A stretch of 64,000 bases of DNA from a bacterium (GTDB taxonomy: Bacteria > Patescibacteriota > Minisyncoccia > Phycocordibacterales > UBA5272): assembly GCA_043765155.1 (NCBI GenBank), contig JAYUJP010000053.1, forward strand, positions 14,116 to 78,115, written 5' to 3'. The notes beneath the pieces were generated by a model, which searched no databases, was not told the DNA's origin, and saw nothing but the letters and a program-made list of their open reading frames with translations. A program made the position numbers and the translations under genes. Below are positions 21,461-31,920 of the stretch, one piece after another (the first letter of the stretch is position 1; every line of letters begins with the position of its first letter).

Positions 21461-23737
21461 ATGAAGTTACTAATAGTAGAGTCACCAGCCAAAGCAAAAA
21501 CTATCGAGAAATATCTCGCTGGTGAGTATGTCGTGCGAGCATCTATTGGTCATGTGCGTGACCTGCCAGTATCAGAATTTGTCTATTTTGACGCAAAGAA
21601 AAGAGTGATAAAAGGTGACGAGCTAAAGCGTACCAAAAAAGTTGATAAAGTTTTGTTAACCAAAAAGTATGCAGTTGATATAGAAAATAATTTTAAACCA
21701 TTTTATATGGTGGATGAAAAGAAATTAAAAGTCATAGACGAGATACGCCAGCTCGCTAAAAAATGTAATACTATATACCTAGCGACTGACCCCGACCGTG
21801 AAGGCGAGGCTATAGCTTGGCATATCAAGGACGAGTTAGGGCTAGATACCGCTAAGCGGGTCAAGTATTATGAGATCACCCCAAAAGCGATAAAGGAAGC
21901 CTTGGAGCACCCCACCGAAATAGATGAAAATTTAAAAGAGGCGCAGGAAGCTCGTAGAGTTTTAGATAGACTTGTCGGTTACGAGCTATCCGATATTATC
22001 TGGAAAAAGGTAAGATACGGCTTATCAGCTGGACGTGTACAGAGTCCAGCTCTACGTATACTTGTTGAGCGTGAAAAAGAAATACAAGCGTTCATCCCTG
22101 AAAAATATTTTGAGCTAACCGGTGACTTTAAGACAGTAGGCAGAGCCAAAGAATCTAAAAGTTATAATCTTATTTTTAGCTGCGACGAGGTGCCAAAAGA
22201 AATAGAAAGGGTGAACGAGATCAAAAATCTAGGTGAAAATGAGCATTGGAAAATAGCAGAAATAAAAGAGTCCGACGCTAGTCGCTCGCCAAATGCTCCG
22301 TTCACTACTTCTTCACTACAGCAGACTGCGAGTAATAGACTAGGCTACTCCCCAAAACGTACAATGCAAATAGCGCAAAAGCTATACGAAAAGGGATTTA
22401 TAACTTATATGCGTACTGACTCAGCTTCACTTAGTAAAGACTTTCTAACTGAAGCTAATGAGTACATAGTAAAGGTGTATGGGACTGATTATGCAAATAG
22501 GACCGAATACAAAACTAAAAATAAAAATGCGCAAGAGGCTCATGAGGCGGTACGCCCTACACACGCGAGTACAAAAGATGCTGGTACTAATGACGAGGAA
22601 AAGAAACTTTATAATATGATATGGTCACGCACTCTCGCATCTCAGATGACAGCCGCCAAAATAAAAAGAACCAAAATAATAGTAGACACAAATAATAAAA
22701 AGGTGGCGAGCTTTTCACTTAATGGATCTGTTCTCGTCTATGACGGATGGCTCAAGCTTGACGTCGCATCACGCGGGGACGATATAGAACTACCTAAATT
22801 AGAAGCTGGAGCTGATATCAAGTTAGAGAAAATTAATTATGAAGAAAAGGCTACCACCCCGCCTAACAGGTACACCGAGGCGGGCCTGGTCAAGGAACTT
22901 GAAAAAAGAGAAATAGGTAGGCCTAGTACTTTTGCTAGTATAGTCTCTACAATACAAGATAGAGGTTATGTTGATAAAAATGGTAAGACACTGTTTCCGA
23001 CCACAACAGGTATAGTTGTCTCAGACTTTTTGACTGCGCACTTTGCAAAATATATTAGTGATGACTTTACAAAAGATATGGAGGATAAATTAGACAATAT
23101 CGCAAATGGTACTGAAAAGTACGCGGATATGCTGCGTGAATTTTACACGCCATTTCATAGTGATGTAGAATCAAAGCAAGATATAGACAAAGCAACCGAC
23201 ATTAATCCAGCCCCAGAAAATATAAGATGTCCACTGTGTGCTAGTAGTATGTTAGAGAAGTTAGCGCGTAATGGGACATTCTACTCCTGCGTAGACTTTC
23301 CAAAATGTATGGGGGCGAGAAAAATAGATGGTAGCATAATGGAGCCGCCAAAGGCTCTGGATAAAAAATGTCCTAAATGTACTGAGAAAGGTGTCGACAA
23401 TAATCTGGTCGAGCGTGACGGAAAGTTTGGAAAATTTATAGCCTGCTCAGCTTATCCAAAATGTAAATACATAGAAAAGTCAGAAGAAGAAAAAGCCAAA
23501 AATAATACTGGAGTCAAGTGTAACAAATGTAGTGACGGATATATGGAGGAAAGAAAAGGTAGATTTGGACCATTTTTCTCTTGTAATAATTATCCTGATT
23601 GTAAGCATATAGTCAAAACCAAGCCAACAGGAGAGTTCTGTACTGTCTGTAATGAGATGATGATTGAGGGTACCAAAACAATACCAACAAGATGCAGCAA
23701 TAAATCTTGCCCAATGCATAATCCGCATAAGATGTAA
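21461..23737 (+). CDS. topA: DNA topoisomerase I
   Basis: IVESPAKAKTI, ATDPDREGEAI, SAGRVQS, ITYMRTD, C-terminal zinc ribbons. Confidence 0.98.
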   Translation: MKLLIVESPAKAKTIEKYLAGEYVVRASIGHVRDLPVSEFVYFDAKKRVIKGDELKRTKKVDKVLLTKKYAVDIENNFKPFYMVDEKKLKVIDEIRQLAKKCNTIYLATDPDREGEAIAWHIKDELGLDTAKRVKYYEITPKAIKEALEHPTEIDENLKEAQEARRVLDRLVGYELSDIIWKKVRYGLSAGRVQSPALRILVEREKEIQAFIPEKYFELTGDFKTVGRAKESKSYNLIFSCDEVPKEIERVNEIKNLGENEHWKIAEIKESDASRSPNAPFTTSSLQQTASNRLGYSPKRTMQIAQKLYEKGFITYMRTDSASLSKDFLTEANEYIVKVYGTDYANRTEYKTKNKNAQEAHEAVRPTHASTKDAGTNDEEKKLYNMIWSRTLASQMTAAKIKRTKIIVDTNNKKVASFSLNGSVLVYDGWLKLDVASRGDDIELPKLEAGADIKLEKINYEEKATTPPNRYTEAGLVKELEKREIGRPSTFASIVSTIQDRGYVDKNGKTLFPTTTGIVVSDFLTAHFAKYISDDFTKDMEDKLDNIANGTEKYADMLREFYTPFHSDVESKQDIDKATDINPAPENIRCPLCASSMLEKLARNGTFYSCVDFPKCMGARKIDGSIMEPPKALDKKCPKCTEKGVDNNLVERDGKFGKFIACSAYPKCKYIEKSEEEKAKNNTGVKCNKCSDGYMEERKGRFGPFFSCNNYPDCKHIVKTKPTGEFCTVCNEMMIEGTKTIPTRCSNKSCPMHNPHKM

Positions 23738-23906
23738 GGCTGTATAAGGTTTATAATGCAAGATTAAATAAATTATGTAAAAGACTTGACAAATAATTAT
23801 GATTAGTGTATAGTATATGTTATACAAGTCGTATTTAAAAACTCTCTCTATAAATTTTAAAGAAATTTAAATTTATTTAGAGTAAAATAGTCAACAATAA
23901 AAATAT

Positions 23907-24092
23907 ATGTCAGCACCACACACAGAATCAGAGGGAATGGGAGCAGTAGGAAAAGCAATACTAGTAGGATTTTTAATATTAATACTCGCCAATGGTAACC
24001 TATCAGGACCTATGCAGTTCGCAGTATTAGGAGCAATAATAACTTACTTTGTAGTAACAAAGGGGGCAAAGTCAGAAGGTGGAGCTCATTAG
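23907..24092 (+). CDS. Small membrane protein
   Basis: 61-aa two-TM ORF with an upstream TTGACA promoter (23787) and a downstream hairpin. Confidence 0.6.
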   Translation: MSAPHTESEGMGAVGKAILVGFLILILANGNLSGPMQFAVLGAIITYFVVTKGAKSEGGAH

Positions 24093-24113
24093 TTCTTATT
24101 CTCTTCTCAACAT

Positions 24114-24148
24114 AATAATAGGCGACACCTTCGGTGTCGCCTATTATT
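24114..24148 (+). terminator. Hairpin terminator
   Basis: AATAATAGGCGACACC-TTC-GGTGTCGCCTATTATT. Confidence 0.7.
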
Positions 24149-24166
24149 TTGTGTTATAATATTTTG

Positions 24167-25234
24167 ATGCAAGATACTAATTTAAAAAAAGAAAAAGAAA
24201 GTAACTCAGAAAATAAAGATTTAAATAAATATGACTCAAACAAATATTTAAAAATAGAAAAAGAGTCTTTTGAAAACTATTCGCTACTGAGTGATCTAAA
24301 TCAGATAAATCAAATACCAAAGCAGTTATATTTTTATGGAAATAAGGAGTTACTGGATGCTAAGAAAAATGGCAGTAAAATATTGTGTGTAATAGGCTCA
24401 CGCAAAGCGACAACTTATGGCAAGGAAGCTGTCGACTATTTAATATCTGGACTACAAGGTGAAGATATAATTATAATCTCAGGTCTCGCCCTTGGCATTG
24501 ACTCATGCGCGCATAAAGCAGCGCTCAAATATAATCTCAAGACTATAGCCTTCCCAGGATCCGGCCTTGATGATGAGGTGTTATACCCGCAAAGTAATAT
24601 AAAACTTTTGAACGAGATCATAAGTAGTGGCGGCGCTGCAGTATCAGAATATGAACCCGATAGTAAGTCACAAATATATTATTTCCCCGCGCGTAACAGG
24701 CTTATGGCTGCAATTTCAGATTTAGTTTTAGTAATAGAGGCAGAGGAAAAATCTGGAACGCAGATAACAGCGCGCCTCGCCCTCGAATATAACCGAGACG
24801 TCGCCATAGTCCCCGGCTCTATATTTTCAAGTCATTCACGCGGCACTGCCAAGCTATTTAAAGACGGCGCCTACCCAGTGATGTCTAGTCAGGACATACT
24901 CGAACTACTAAAAATAGATAATAATTACGACTATGTAACCAACCCTAATTCTCTCTTTGATAATGAAAACCTAGATGATGCAAAAAATAAAAATCTTAGT
25001 AAAAATTCTAATAAAAATAACTCCCAAAATCAAAAAACTTTTAACTCTAAACTTTTTGAAAGTCTTAGCGATCAGGAAAATGCGATTTTAAAACTTATAA
25101 GTAGCCCAGTACAGAAAGAAGACCTGATAGAAAACAGCGGGTTACTCGCTCATGAGGTGCTAATAGCATTAACTAATCTAGAATCAAAAGGCATAATACG
25201 CGATAACTTTGGCGAGCTGATTAGGGTAAAGTAA
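24167..25234 (+). CDS. dprA: DNA processing protein DprA
   Basis: VIGSRKAT.YG, ISGLALGID, FPARNRLMA, EAEEKSGT, C-terminal winged helix. Start at ATG 24167. Confidence 0.96.
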   Translation: MQDTNLKKEKESNSENKDLNKYDSNKYLKIEKESFENYSLLSDLNQINQIPKQLYFYGNKELLDAKKNGSKILCVIGSRKATTYGKEAVDYLISGLQGEDIIIISGLALGIDSCAHKAALKYNLKTIAFPGSGLDDEVLYPQSNIKLLNEIISSGGAAVSEYEPDSKSQIYYFPARNRLMAAISDLVLVIEAEEKSGTQITARLALEYNRDVAIVPGSIFSSHSRGTAKLFKDGAYPVMSSQDILELLKIDNNYDYVTNPNSLFDNENLDDAKNKNLSKNSNKNNSQNQKTFNSKLFESLSDQENAILKLISSPVQKEDLIENSGLLAHEVLIALTNLESKGIIRDNFGELIRVK

Positions 25235-25235
25235 T

Positions 25236-25478
25236 CTACCCAAATACTCTTTTGACCTTATCACGGATTAGGAGAAATATTTTTTCTATTTTTGGATATT
25301 TTGAAAATTTATTTTCTATATAAGATTCAAGTCTAGGATTCTCTATACTGAGTATTATAACACCGGCTACAATCAAAACAATTCCTGGCATAACTGGTAC
25401 TATCCAGCCAATAAAACCTAGTATAATGAGTAATATTGCAATGGTATAGTTAAAAGATGATTTGAGATGAGCCCTCAT
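25236..25478 (-). CDS. Small membrane protein (PGPGW/DUF454-like)
   Basis: LGFIGWIVPVMPGIVLI hydrophobic hairpin. Confidence 0.65.
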   Translation of the reverse strand: MRAHLKSSFNYTIAILLIILGFIGWIVPVMPGIVLIVAGVIILSIENPRLESYIENKFSKYPKIEKIFLLIRDKVKRVFG

Positions 25479-25515
25479 ATATAGATACTAACAACTTAAT
25501 CTTAATTCTGTGACA

Positions 25516-26757
25516 TTAGCCCCGTACTGCCCTAGCCACTATATCAACACAGGTCTTGTCGAACATATCAGGGAGTATTTTTTCGACTGACAGGTCTGAG
25601 ACATGATAAGCTAACTCTACTGCTATTTTTACAAAAATCTCTAGCTCTATTTTCTTATAAGTCCCTGCATACTGAGCGTCCAGCACTCCGCGCCAGAATC
25701 CCGGAAAGACTAGTGAGTTATTGATCTGATTAGAATAATCACTGCGTCCAGTAGCTATTATGTACGCCCCAGCCTCCTTGGCCTGCTCGGGCATTATCTC
25801 TGGAGTCGGATTAGCGAGGGCAAAAATAATAGGCCTATCATTCATACTTTTAATCATCTCCTCGGTTAAAACATTTGGTTTGGATAGGCCTATAAATACA
25901 TCTGTACCTTTGACAGCATCTGATAAGTCGCCAGAAACTATTTCAAATTTATTTTCTTCTACAAAAAAGTCTGCATAATTATTAATATTAGAATTATTTA
26001 AAAGTTCTATTTTCTCTTTGGTTAGACTTTTTGAGTCATCTCTATTTTTATTTATTATTCCCTTACTGTCCACATAAATAATATTTTTAACTCCATAACT
26101 ATTAAGTAGTCTCGCAGTCGCTACGCCAGCAGCACCAACTCCAGAGATTACCACTCTTACTTGTTCTGGTTTTTTATCAGCTAATTTTAGAGAGTTAATA
26201 AGTGCAGTAAGTGCCACAGTCGCAGCTCCCCACTGATCATCGTGCATCACTGGTATATTAAGCTCGGCTCTCAGTCTCTCCTCTATTTCAAAACATCTTG
26301 GAGCTGCTATATCTTCTAAGTTTATACCGCCAAATACAGGGGCTATATTTTTGATTATCTTTATAATCTCTTCTGTGTCTTGGGTGTCAATACAAATTGG
26401 GAATGCATCTACTCCTGCAAAGCTTTTTAGTATTGCAGCCTTACCCTCCATTACTGGTATGGCAGCATATGAGCCAAGATTACCCAGGCCGAGTATGGCC
26501 GAGCCGTCACTAATAATTGCAACTGTATTTCTCTTTAGGGTATAGTCGCGAGCGGCGGCTTCGCCGCCGCTAATACCTGCACTTTTATAAGCATCACCAA
26601 TAGCAATACTCACAGCCCCAACTCCAGGTGAATAAGCTATGGCAAGATCATCTTTGTTACTCAGTGCAACTTTCCCATTTGTCTCTAATTTACCTCCATA
26701 CTTTTTGTGTAATTCTAGAGCTTCTGCGTTGTAATCATGATTTTTTTCTATACTCAT
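25516..26757 (-). CDS. NAD(P)-dependent malic enzyme
   Basis: AYSPGVG, GLGNLG, PVMEGKA, GGINLEDIAAP, HDDQ, ALANPTPEI, TGRSD.NQINN. Confidence 0.95.
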   Translation of the reverse strand: MSIEKNHDYNAEALELHKKYGGKLETNGKVALSNKDDLAIAYSPGVGAVSIAIGDAYKSAGISGGEAAARDYTLKRNTVAIISDGSAILGLGNLGSYAAIPVMEGKAAILKSFAGVDAFPICIDTQDTEEIIKIIKNIAPVFGGINLEDIAAPRCFEIEERLRAELNIPVMHDDQWGAATVALTALINSLKLADKKPEQVRVVISGVGAAGVATARLLNSYGVKNIIYVDSKGIINKNRDDSKSLTKEKIELLNNSNINNYADFFVEENKFEIVSGDLSDAVKGTDVFIGLSKPNVLTEEMIKSMNDRPIIFALANPTPEIMPEQAKEAGAYIIATGRSDYSNQINNSLVFPGFWRGVLDAQYAGTYKKIELEIFVKIAVELAYHVSDLSVEKILPDMFDKTCVDIVARAVRG

Positions 26758-26769
26758 ATTTTTTATTAT

Positions 26770-26967
26770 TTAAATTTTCACAACTTTCTTGGCTAGACTC
26801 TTTTCCTTTTTAAATTTATTGCGGCATAATGTACTGCAGAATTTTACCTCATCCCAATTACCCCTACTAGAAAGAGACTTTTTGTTAAAAAATAATCTAC
26901 CGCATGCAGCGCAGTCTTTTGATTCTTTTGTATGAGCCACACCTTTAAAATTAGATTTTTTATTCAT
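26770..26967 (-). CDS. DUF2256-like small Cys protein
   Basis: K.CAACGR.F...WDEVKFCS..CR. Confidence 0.8.
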   Translation of the reverse strand: MNKKSNFKGVAHTKESKDCAACGRLFFNKKSLSSRGNWDEVKFCSTLCRNKFKKEKSLAKKVVKI

Positions 26968-27077
26968 AGTGTCTTTTTTATTTATTCACTACATTATATC
27001 ACAATTTTATTTATAATTTAATATATTATATGCGGAACTTTTTAAATAATTTACATTAGAAATATTTTGCGAGAATA

Positions 27078-27527
27078 TTACGCACAGACTTTACATAGTC
27101 CATATACTTCAAAATTAACAATATTTGAAGTGTTAAACTTTTTACTTTTCTTAACTATTTTCTTAAGTAGGTCCTCAGTATTTATACCTGAGACTTTTTC
27201 TATAGTCTCGCAGTTATTACATATAACTTTGTGATGATATTCGCCTGTATTAACTTCATAATGAGCGTGACTATGGCTATCACTTGATATTTTATGTGCT
27301 GACTTTTTAATAATACCCACCTGCTCCAAAGAGGTAAGATTGCGATATACAGTAGCCTGATCTATGTCATACTTTTTCTTTATGTCCTCGATTAACTTAT
27401 GAGCTGAGATTGGTGACTTGGACTTAGCTATTTTAGTCAATATATTATATCTATGCTCAGTATATTTTAATCCGGCCTCTTTTATCATTTCGACTATTTC
27501 ATTTTGGGTGTATGATTGCATTTCCAT
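27078..27527 (-). CDS. Fur family transcriptional regulator (Zur/Fur/PerR type)
   Basis: ATVYRNL helix, HH.VICNNC, YGLCKVC. Confidence 0.92.
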   Translation of the reverse strand: MEMQSYTQNEIVEMIKEAGLKYTEHRYNILTKIAKSKSPISAHKLIEDIKKKYDIDQATVYRNLTSLEQVGIIKKSAHKISSDSHSHAHYEVNTGEYHHKVICNNCETIEKVSGINTEDLLKKIVKKSKKFNTSNIVNFEVYGLCKVCA

Positions 27528-27599
27528 ATTAGTATAGCATTTTAAATATTATGTGTAAAACAAGATAAAAATTTATGTTATTTATAATATAATAAGTAT

Positions 27600-29126
27600 A
27601 TGAATATAGATACAAACTTTAAAATAGAAATAGATAAAAATATCTTGGATACTTACTCGACTGATGCTAGTATATTTAAAATTATGCCTAGCGGAGTGGC
27701 AAAGATTGGTAGCGTGGAACAAGTAAAATATCTTATAGAAAATAAGATAAAATTCTCACTACGAGGAGCTGGTACCTGTATGAGTGGTGGATCTTTGACT
27801 GAGGAGATGCTAATAGATACTCTTAACCTAGACAAGATAATAAGTCAAGACGAGCACTCTATAACTACGCAGCCTGGTATTATGACTCGTGACTTACTTA
27901 CTTATCTTGAAAAAAGTGGACAGATATTTGCACCATATACTAGCTCCAAAAATCTCTGCTCTATTGGAGGTATGCTAGGTAACAATTCTAGCGGGGAAAA
28001 GTCTCTTATGTATGGCCCAACTTCTAAAAATGTTTTGGAATTAAAAATACTTTTAGCTGATAATAATATATATCATGCAAGAGAAAAAGAAATAGGCCGG
28101 GAAAATAATTTTGAAAAAGAAATACTAAAATTGATAATAGACAATCAAGAAATTATAAAAAATAATAAACCTAATACTCACAAAAATGCAGCAGGATATA
28201 ATATTTGGGACTTGCTAGATTTTGAAAAAAAGACTTTTAACTTAACCCCTCTTTTTATCGGAGCTCAGGGTACGCTTGGATTCATAACTGAGGCTAAGCT
28301 TAAAACTATAAAAATACAAAAACATAATAACATGATGGTAGTGCCTCTAGAGCATATACATGATCTGCCATATGTAGTGCAGACTATGCTAAATTATAAA
28401 CCTACCAGTGTAGAATGTTTTGATAATGAGACTTATGACCTAGCCAAAATACATATGGCCAAAGATGCTGAGCATGCGATACTATGTAAAAATAAAAAGA
28501 TAATAGTATTTGTAGAATTTTGTAGTGATGACGTCGAGGAAAATATATCTAAATTAAAATCACTACAAAGTGAAATGCATGCAGCAACTATCAACTCTTA
28601 TATTTTAGAAAATGAAGAAGAAAGAAATGCTTATTGGAATATAAGACGAGCGAGCTTTGGCCTACTTCGTGACTTTGCGCCGTCCGGCTATAAAGCTATA
28701 CCAATTATCGAGGATACTATAGTAAGCATTGAGCATTATGACAATTATCTAAAGGAGCTACTTGAGATAATATACAAGTATGATATGCGCTACACTTATG
28801 CTGGTCATATCGGGGACGGATCAATACGCTTAATACCACTTGTCAAAATAGGTAAAAGTCAGGACGAGAATAATATGATAAAAGAAAATATTTTAAAAAT
28901 GGCTGAGGAGGTGTACGCCCTAGTGCAAAAATACAAAGGCTCCATATCATGTGATCATAATGATGGGCTAGCTAGGTCATACACTCTGGGCACTCAATAT
29001 ACGCCAGAGATTTTAGAAATATTTAAGAAAATAAAAAATATACTTGACCCAGATAATATTTTTAATCCTGGCAAAAAAGTTTATGCAGAAAGTAGAAACT
29101 ATGTGAAGAGTAAGATAAATATTTAA
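27600..29126 (+). CDS. FAD-binding oxidoreductase (GlcD/D-lactate dehydrogenase family)
   Basis: RGAGT.MSG, IGGMLGNNSSG, GAQGTLG, GHIGDG, DP.NIFNPGK. Confidence 0.9.
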   Translation: MNIDTNFKIEIDKNILDTYSTDASIFKIMPSGVAKIGSVEQVKYLIENKIKFSLRGAGTCMSGGSLTEEMLIDTLNLDKIISQDEHSITTQPGIMTRDLLTYLEKSGQIFAPYTSSKNLCSIGGMLGNNSSGEKSLMYGPTSKNVLELKILLADNNIYHAREKEIGRENNFEKEILKLIIDNQEIIKNNKPNTHKNAAGYNIWDLLDFEKKTFNLTPLFIGAQGTLGFITEAKLKTIKIQKHNNMMVVPLEHIHDLPYVVQTMLNYKPTSVECFDNETYDLAKIHMAKDAEHAILCKNKKIIVFVEFCSDDVEENISKLKSLQSEMHAATINSYILENEEERNAYWNIRRASFGLLRDFAPSGYKAIPIIEDTIVSIEHYDNYLKELLEIIYKYDMRYTYAGHIGDGSIRLIPLVKIGKSQDENNMIKENILKMAEEVYALVQKYKGSISCDHNDGLARSYTLGTQYTPEILEIFKKIKNILDPDNIFNPGKKVYAESRNYVKSKINI

Positions 29127-29174
29127 AATAAAAAAAATATAAAGTATAAAAATACTAATTTATTAAATAAAAAT

Positions 29175-29208
29175 AAAAAACAGGACTATGATTTCTCATA
29201 ATCCTGTG
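29175..29208 (-). terminator. Terminator with ATGA-GAAA-TC core
   Basis: ACAGGATTATGA-GAAA-TCATAGTCCTGT followed by a T-tract. Confidence 0.7.
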
Positions 29209-29232
29209 TAAAGTTTTAGGTTTTTTTTATTT

Positions 29233-30303
29233 CTAACCTAAGACTAAATTAAGTCCTAGACCTGCTACTGCCACAAAAACTGTATAAAAAGATATTAAGC
29301 GTATTGCCGTCATCTTATCATACATCTTTGCTAGTATAAACATTTGCGGTATGCTGGTGAGCGTAGCCGCTAACATCCAAGCTACTAGGGTTCCAGTAGC
29401 AACGCTACCAAATACTCCGGCCATAAGGGCGAGTGATGAAGCCGCATTCACATCAAGCGGTACCCCAATCAAAGCAATTAGCGGAGCATACCATGAGTAT
29501 GCAGCTGACTTGAGCAGCTCGACAGGCACTGCGTTAAAATGAAATAACGCCGCCGCGAATGCTCCAGTCAGAATGAGAGCAACTAATAACTTAGCCATCA
29601 AATGCCTCGTCTCGCGAAAAGCTTGCAGAAATACGTTCGTCTTAACTTCACAGTCAAAACATTTGACTACTTCTGTATTAAGCTTCTCTCGAGTAATACC
29701 GATCCAGCCTGCGAACTGCGCTGTAAGTAATGCCCCGACAAAACCAATAACTAGGTAAGCTGCCACAAGTGGTATGCCGCCAATATAAGCCATAACTGCT
29801 ATAGCAAATACGTTCATAGACGGTGCCGCAAATAAAAATACAGCTGATGACTTGGTTGACGCCCCGCCTTGTATTAGCCCTGCGTATATAGGTGCCACCA
29901 CACAAGAGCAGACAGGGGTAATCATACCAAGCAAGAATCCTTTTGACTGCCCCACTAATCCATCATCGCCGATACTATTTTTCAGATACCTTGTAGGTAT
30001 AGAAAGGCGTATAACTGACAAGACGTAAGTAGTGACTCCCAGAATAATTGGGAGCTTGACCACCTCATAGATAAAGTACGCAGCAGTCTTTTGCACTACT
30101 CCAGGCTCCATCCAAGACGTAGACCATGCTCCGATATATTTTCCAAAATTAGCCACTGATTTTTCTGGATTCCACATATTAACTTTGAAGTTCGCATTAC
30201 CAATCGAATGCGTTACAACTAGCCATATCACTCCTAATATAGCTAAAAATATGGCCATAAAGACCAGATTTTTATTTATATTATTTTCTACTTTATGATC
30301 CAT
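29233..30303 (-). CDS. Predicted permease (ArsP/DUF318 family)
   Basis: GMITPVCSC.VAP and FLFAAPSMN motifs; multiple TM segments; GGAG upstream of ATG 30303. Confidence 0.85.
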   Translation of the reverse strand: MDHKVENNINKNLVFMAIFLAILGVIWLVVTHSIGNANFKVNMWNPEKSVANFGKYIGAWSTSWMEPGVVQKTAAYFIYEVVKLPIILGVTTYVLSVIRLSIPTRYLKNSIGDDGLVGQSKGFLLGMITPVCSCVVAPIYAGLIQGGASTKSSAVFLFAAPSMNVFAIAVMAYIGGIPLVAAYLVIGFVGALLTAQFAGWIGITREKLNTEVVKCFDCEVKTNVFLQAFRETRHLMAKLLVALILTGAFAAALFHFNAVPVELLKSAAYSWYAPLIALIGVPLDVNAASSLALMAGVFGSVATGTLVAWMLAATLTSIPQMFILAKMYDKMTAIRLISFYTVFVAVAGLGLNLVLG

Positions 30304-30378
30304 AATTTTCTCCAATTTTTAAGTTAAGAACTATTTCGGTTTTACCCTGGCAATAATACTATCACAAAAATATTACGG

Positions 30379-30395
30379 ATGCAAGTAACTTGCAT
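30379..30395. promoter_or_regulatory. 8-1-8 palindrome, candidate Fur-family operator, covering both divergent -35 boxes
   Basis: ATGCAAGT-A-ACTTGCAT. Plus strand TTGCAT-17-TATAAT (30413); minus strand TTGCAT-17-TAGTAT. Confidence 0.6.
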
Positions 30396-30427
30396 TTAGA
30401 CAAAATATACTATATAATAATTATCAT

Positions 30428-31888
30428 ATGAAAACCAACGAAAACCAAAATCAAAATAAAAATGGAAAACCTAATTTAAATTCAGAAGAAGCTAAAGAAT
30501 TACAGCAAGAATCTAAGCTAACAAAACCGATTAGAAAAATACCAGTTACAGTATTGACTGGATTTTTAGGTTCTGGTAAGACTACTCTTTTAAATAAAAT
30601 TTTAGATGAGTGCAAAAAGAATGGAGAGAAAGTTGGTATTATAGAAAATGAATTTGGAGCTATATCTATTGATACTGACTTAATCTTAGGAAAAGATGAA
30701 GAGATAATGGAGGTCAAAAATGGCTGTATGTGCTGTACGGTTAGGCGTGACCTAGTTAGAGTGCTCAGAACCCTCATAGAAAAAGGTAATCCATATGATA
30801 GGTTAATAATAGAAACTTCTGGAGTCGCTAACCCGTCACCAATAGCTCAGACATTTTATGGCCTAGAAGATATATACGAGAATTTTGATTTGCAAGGTAT
30901 AGTTACTGTAGTAGACGCTAAAAATATATTAGACCAAGTAAAAACAGAGCAAGTGATACAAGAGCAAATTGCTTTTGCTGACCTACTAATAATGTCAAAA
31001 ATAGACCTTGTAGACGAGAAACAATTAGCTGAAGTTAATGCTATGGTCAATACTCTTTCTAACGGTGTTGAGATATTAGATATGAGCAATGCTCACGCTG
31101 ACCTAAATAAAATAATAAACTTGTCTGGCTTTAATCCTGAGAGGGCGTCAATCATAGACCCAAGATTTATGCAGCAAGATACACCGTATAAGTGGATAGG
31201 AGCTTATCATTTTGAAAAGGGAATATACAATATGGACTTTTATGCATCTGGTACATCTCATACTTCTGAGTTATTTTTACTAAGAAAAGAAGATAAAACT
31301 ATAGACCAGGAACTAATAAATAATAAATCAAAAGAAATATTTGACACTTTTTTCCTAGATCAAAAAGCCATGCGGGCAAATGGTAAAATAACAGTGAGCG
31401 ATGTCACATTAGAAAAAGCTTTAGAAGATAATAAGGTAGCAATTAAAATAGAAATAAAAGAAGCTGGAGACTATATGCTAGTCACTCAGCATATACCTGA
31501 AAGCATAATAATAAAAAGTGAGCAGAATGACAAAGTGGAAGTAAAATATTATCTAGAAAATAAAATAGAAACAAAATATAAAGAAAAAGAGGGTCTAGGC
31601 TCGGTCGCTATGACTAGCGATGAAGATGCTGACCCGATTGATATAGACGGATTTTTAGAGTGGCTAATAATGAATCCGGAATATAATATACTCAGAATAA
31701 AAGGTATATTTAAAATCAAAGGTAAAGAAAATCTTTTTGTAGTGCACAGAGTAAATACTGTGACTGAGACATATATGATACCAAGAAAAAATCAAGATCA
31801 GAAGACACAATTTGTCTGTATAGGTTACAGGTTGAATAAATTAGATATACAAAAAGAATTTAACTTTATATTTAATAAAGGGGAATAA
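30428..31888 (+). CDS. CobW/COG0523 family metallochaperone GTPase, paralog 1
   Basis: LTGFLGSGKTT, ENEFG, GCMCCTVR, IETSGVANP, C-terminal LRIKG. Confidence 0.92.
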   Translation: MKTNENQNQNKNGKPNLNSEEAKELQQESKLTKPIRKIPVTVLTGFLGSGKTTLLNKILDECKKNGEKVGIIENEFGAISIDTDLILGKDEEIMEVKNGCMCCTVRRDLVRVLRTLIEKGNPYDRLIIETSGVANPSPIAQTFYGLEDIYENFDLQGIVTVVDAKNILDQVKTEQVIQEQIAFADLLIMSKIDLVDEKQLAEVNAMVNTLSNGVEILDMSNAHADLNKIINLSGFNPERASIIDPRFMQQDTPYKWIGAYHFEKGIYNMDFYASGTSHTSELFLLRKEDKTIDQELINNKSKEIFDTFFLDQKAMRANGKITVSDVTLEKALEDNKVAIKIEIKEAGDYMLVTQHIPESIIIKSEQNDKVEVKYYLENKIETKYKEKEGLGSVAMTSDEDADPIDIDGFLEWLIMNPEYNILRIKGIFKIKGKENLFVVHRVNTVTETYMIPRKNQDQKTQFVCIGYRLNKLDIQKEFNFIFNKGE

Positions 31889-31920
31889 TAAAAATAAAAT
31901 AGCTTAGCTAAGACAAAAAT

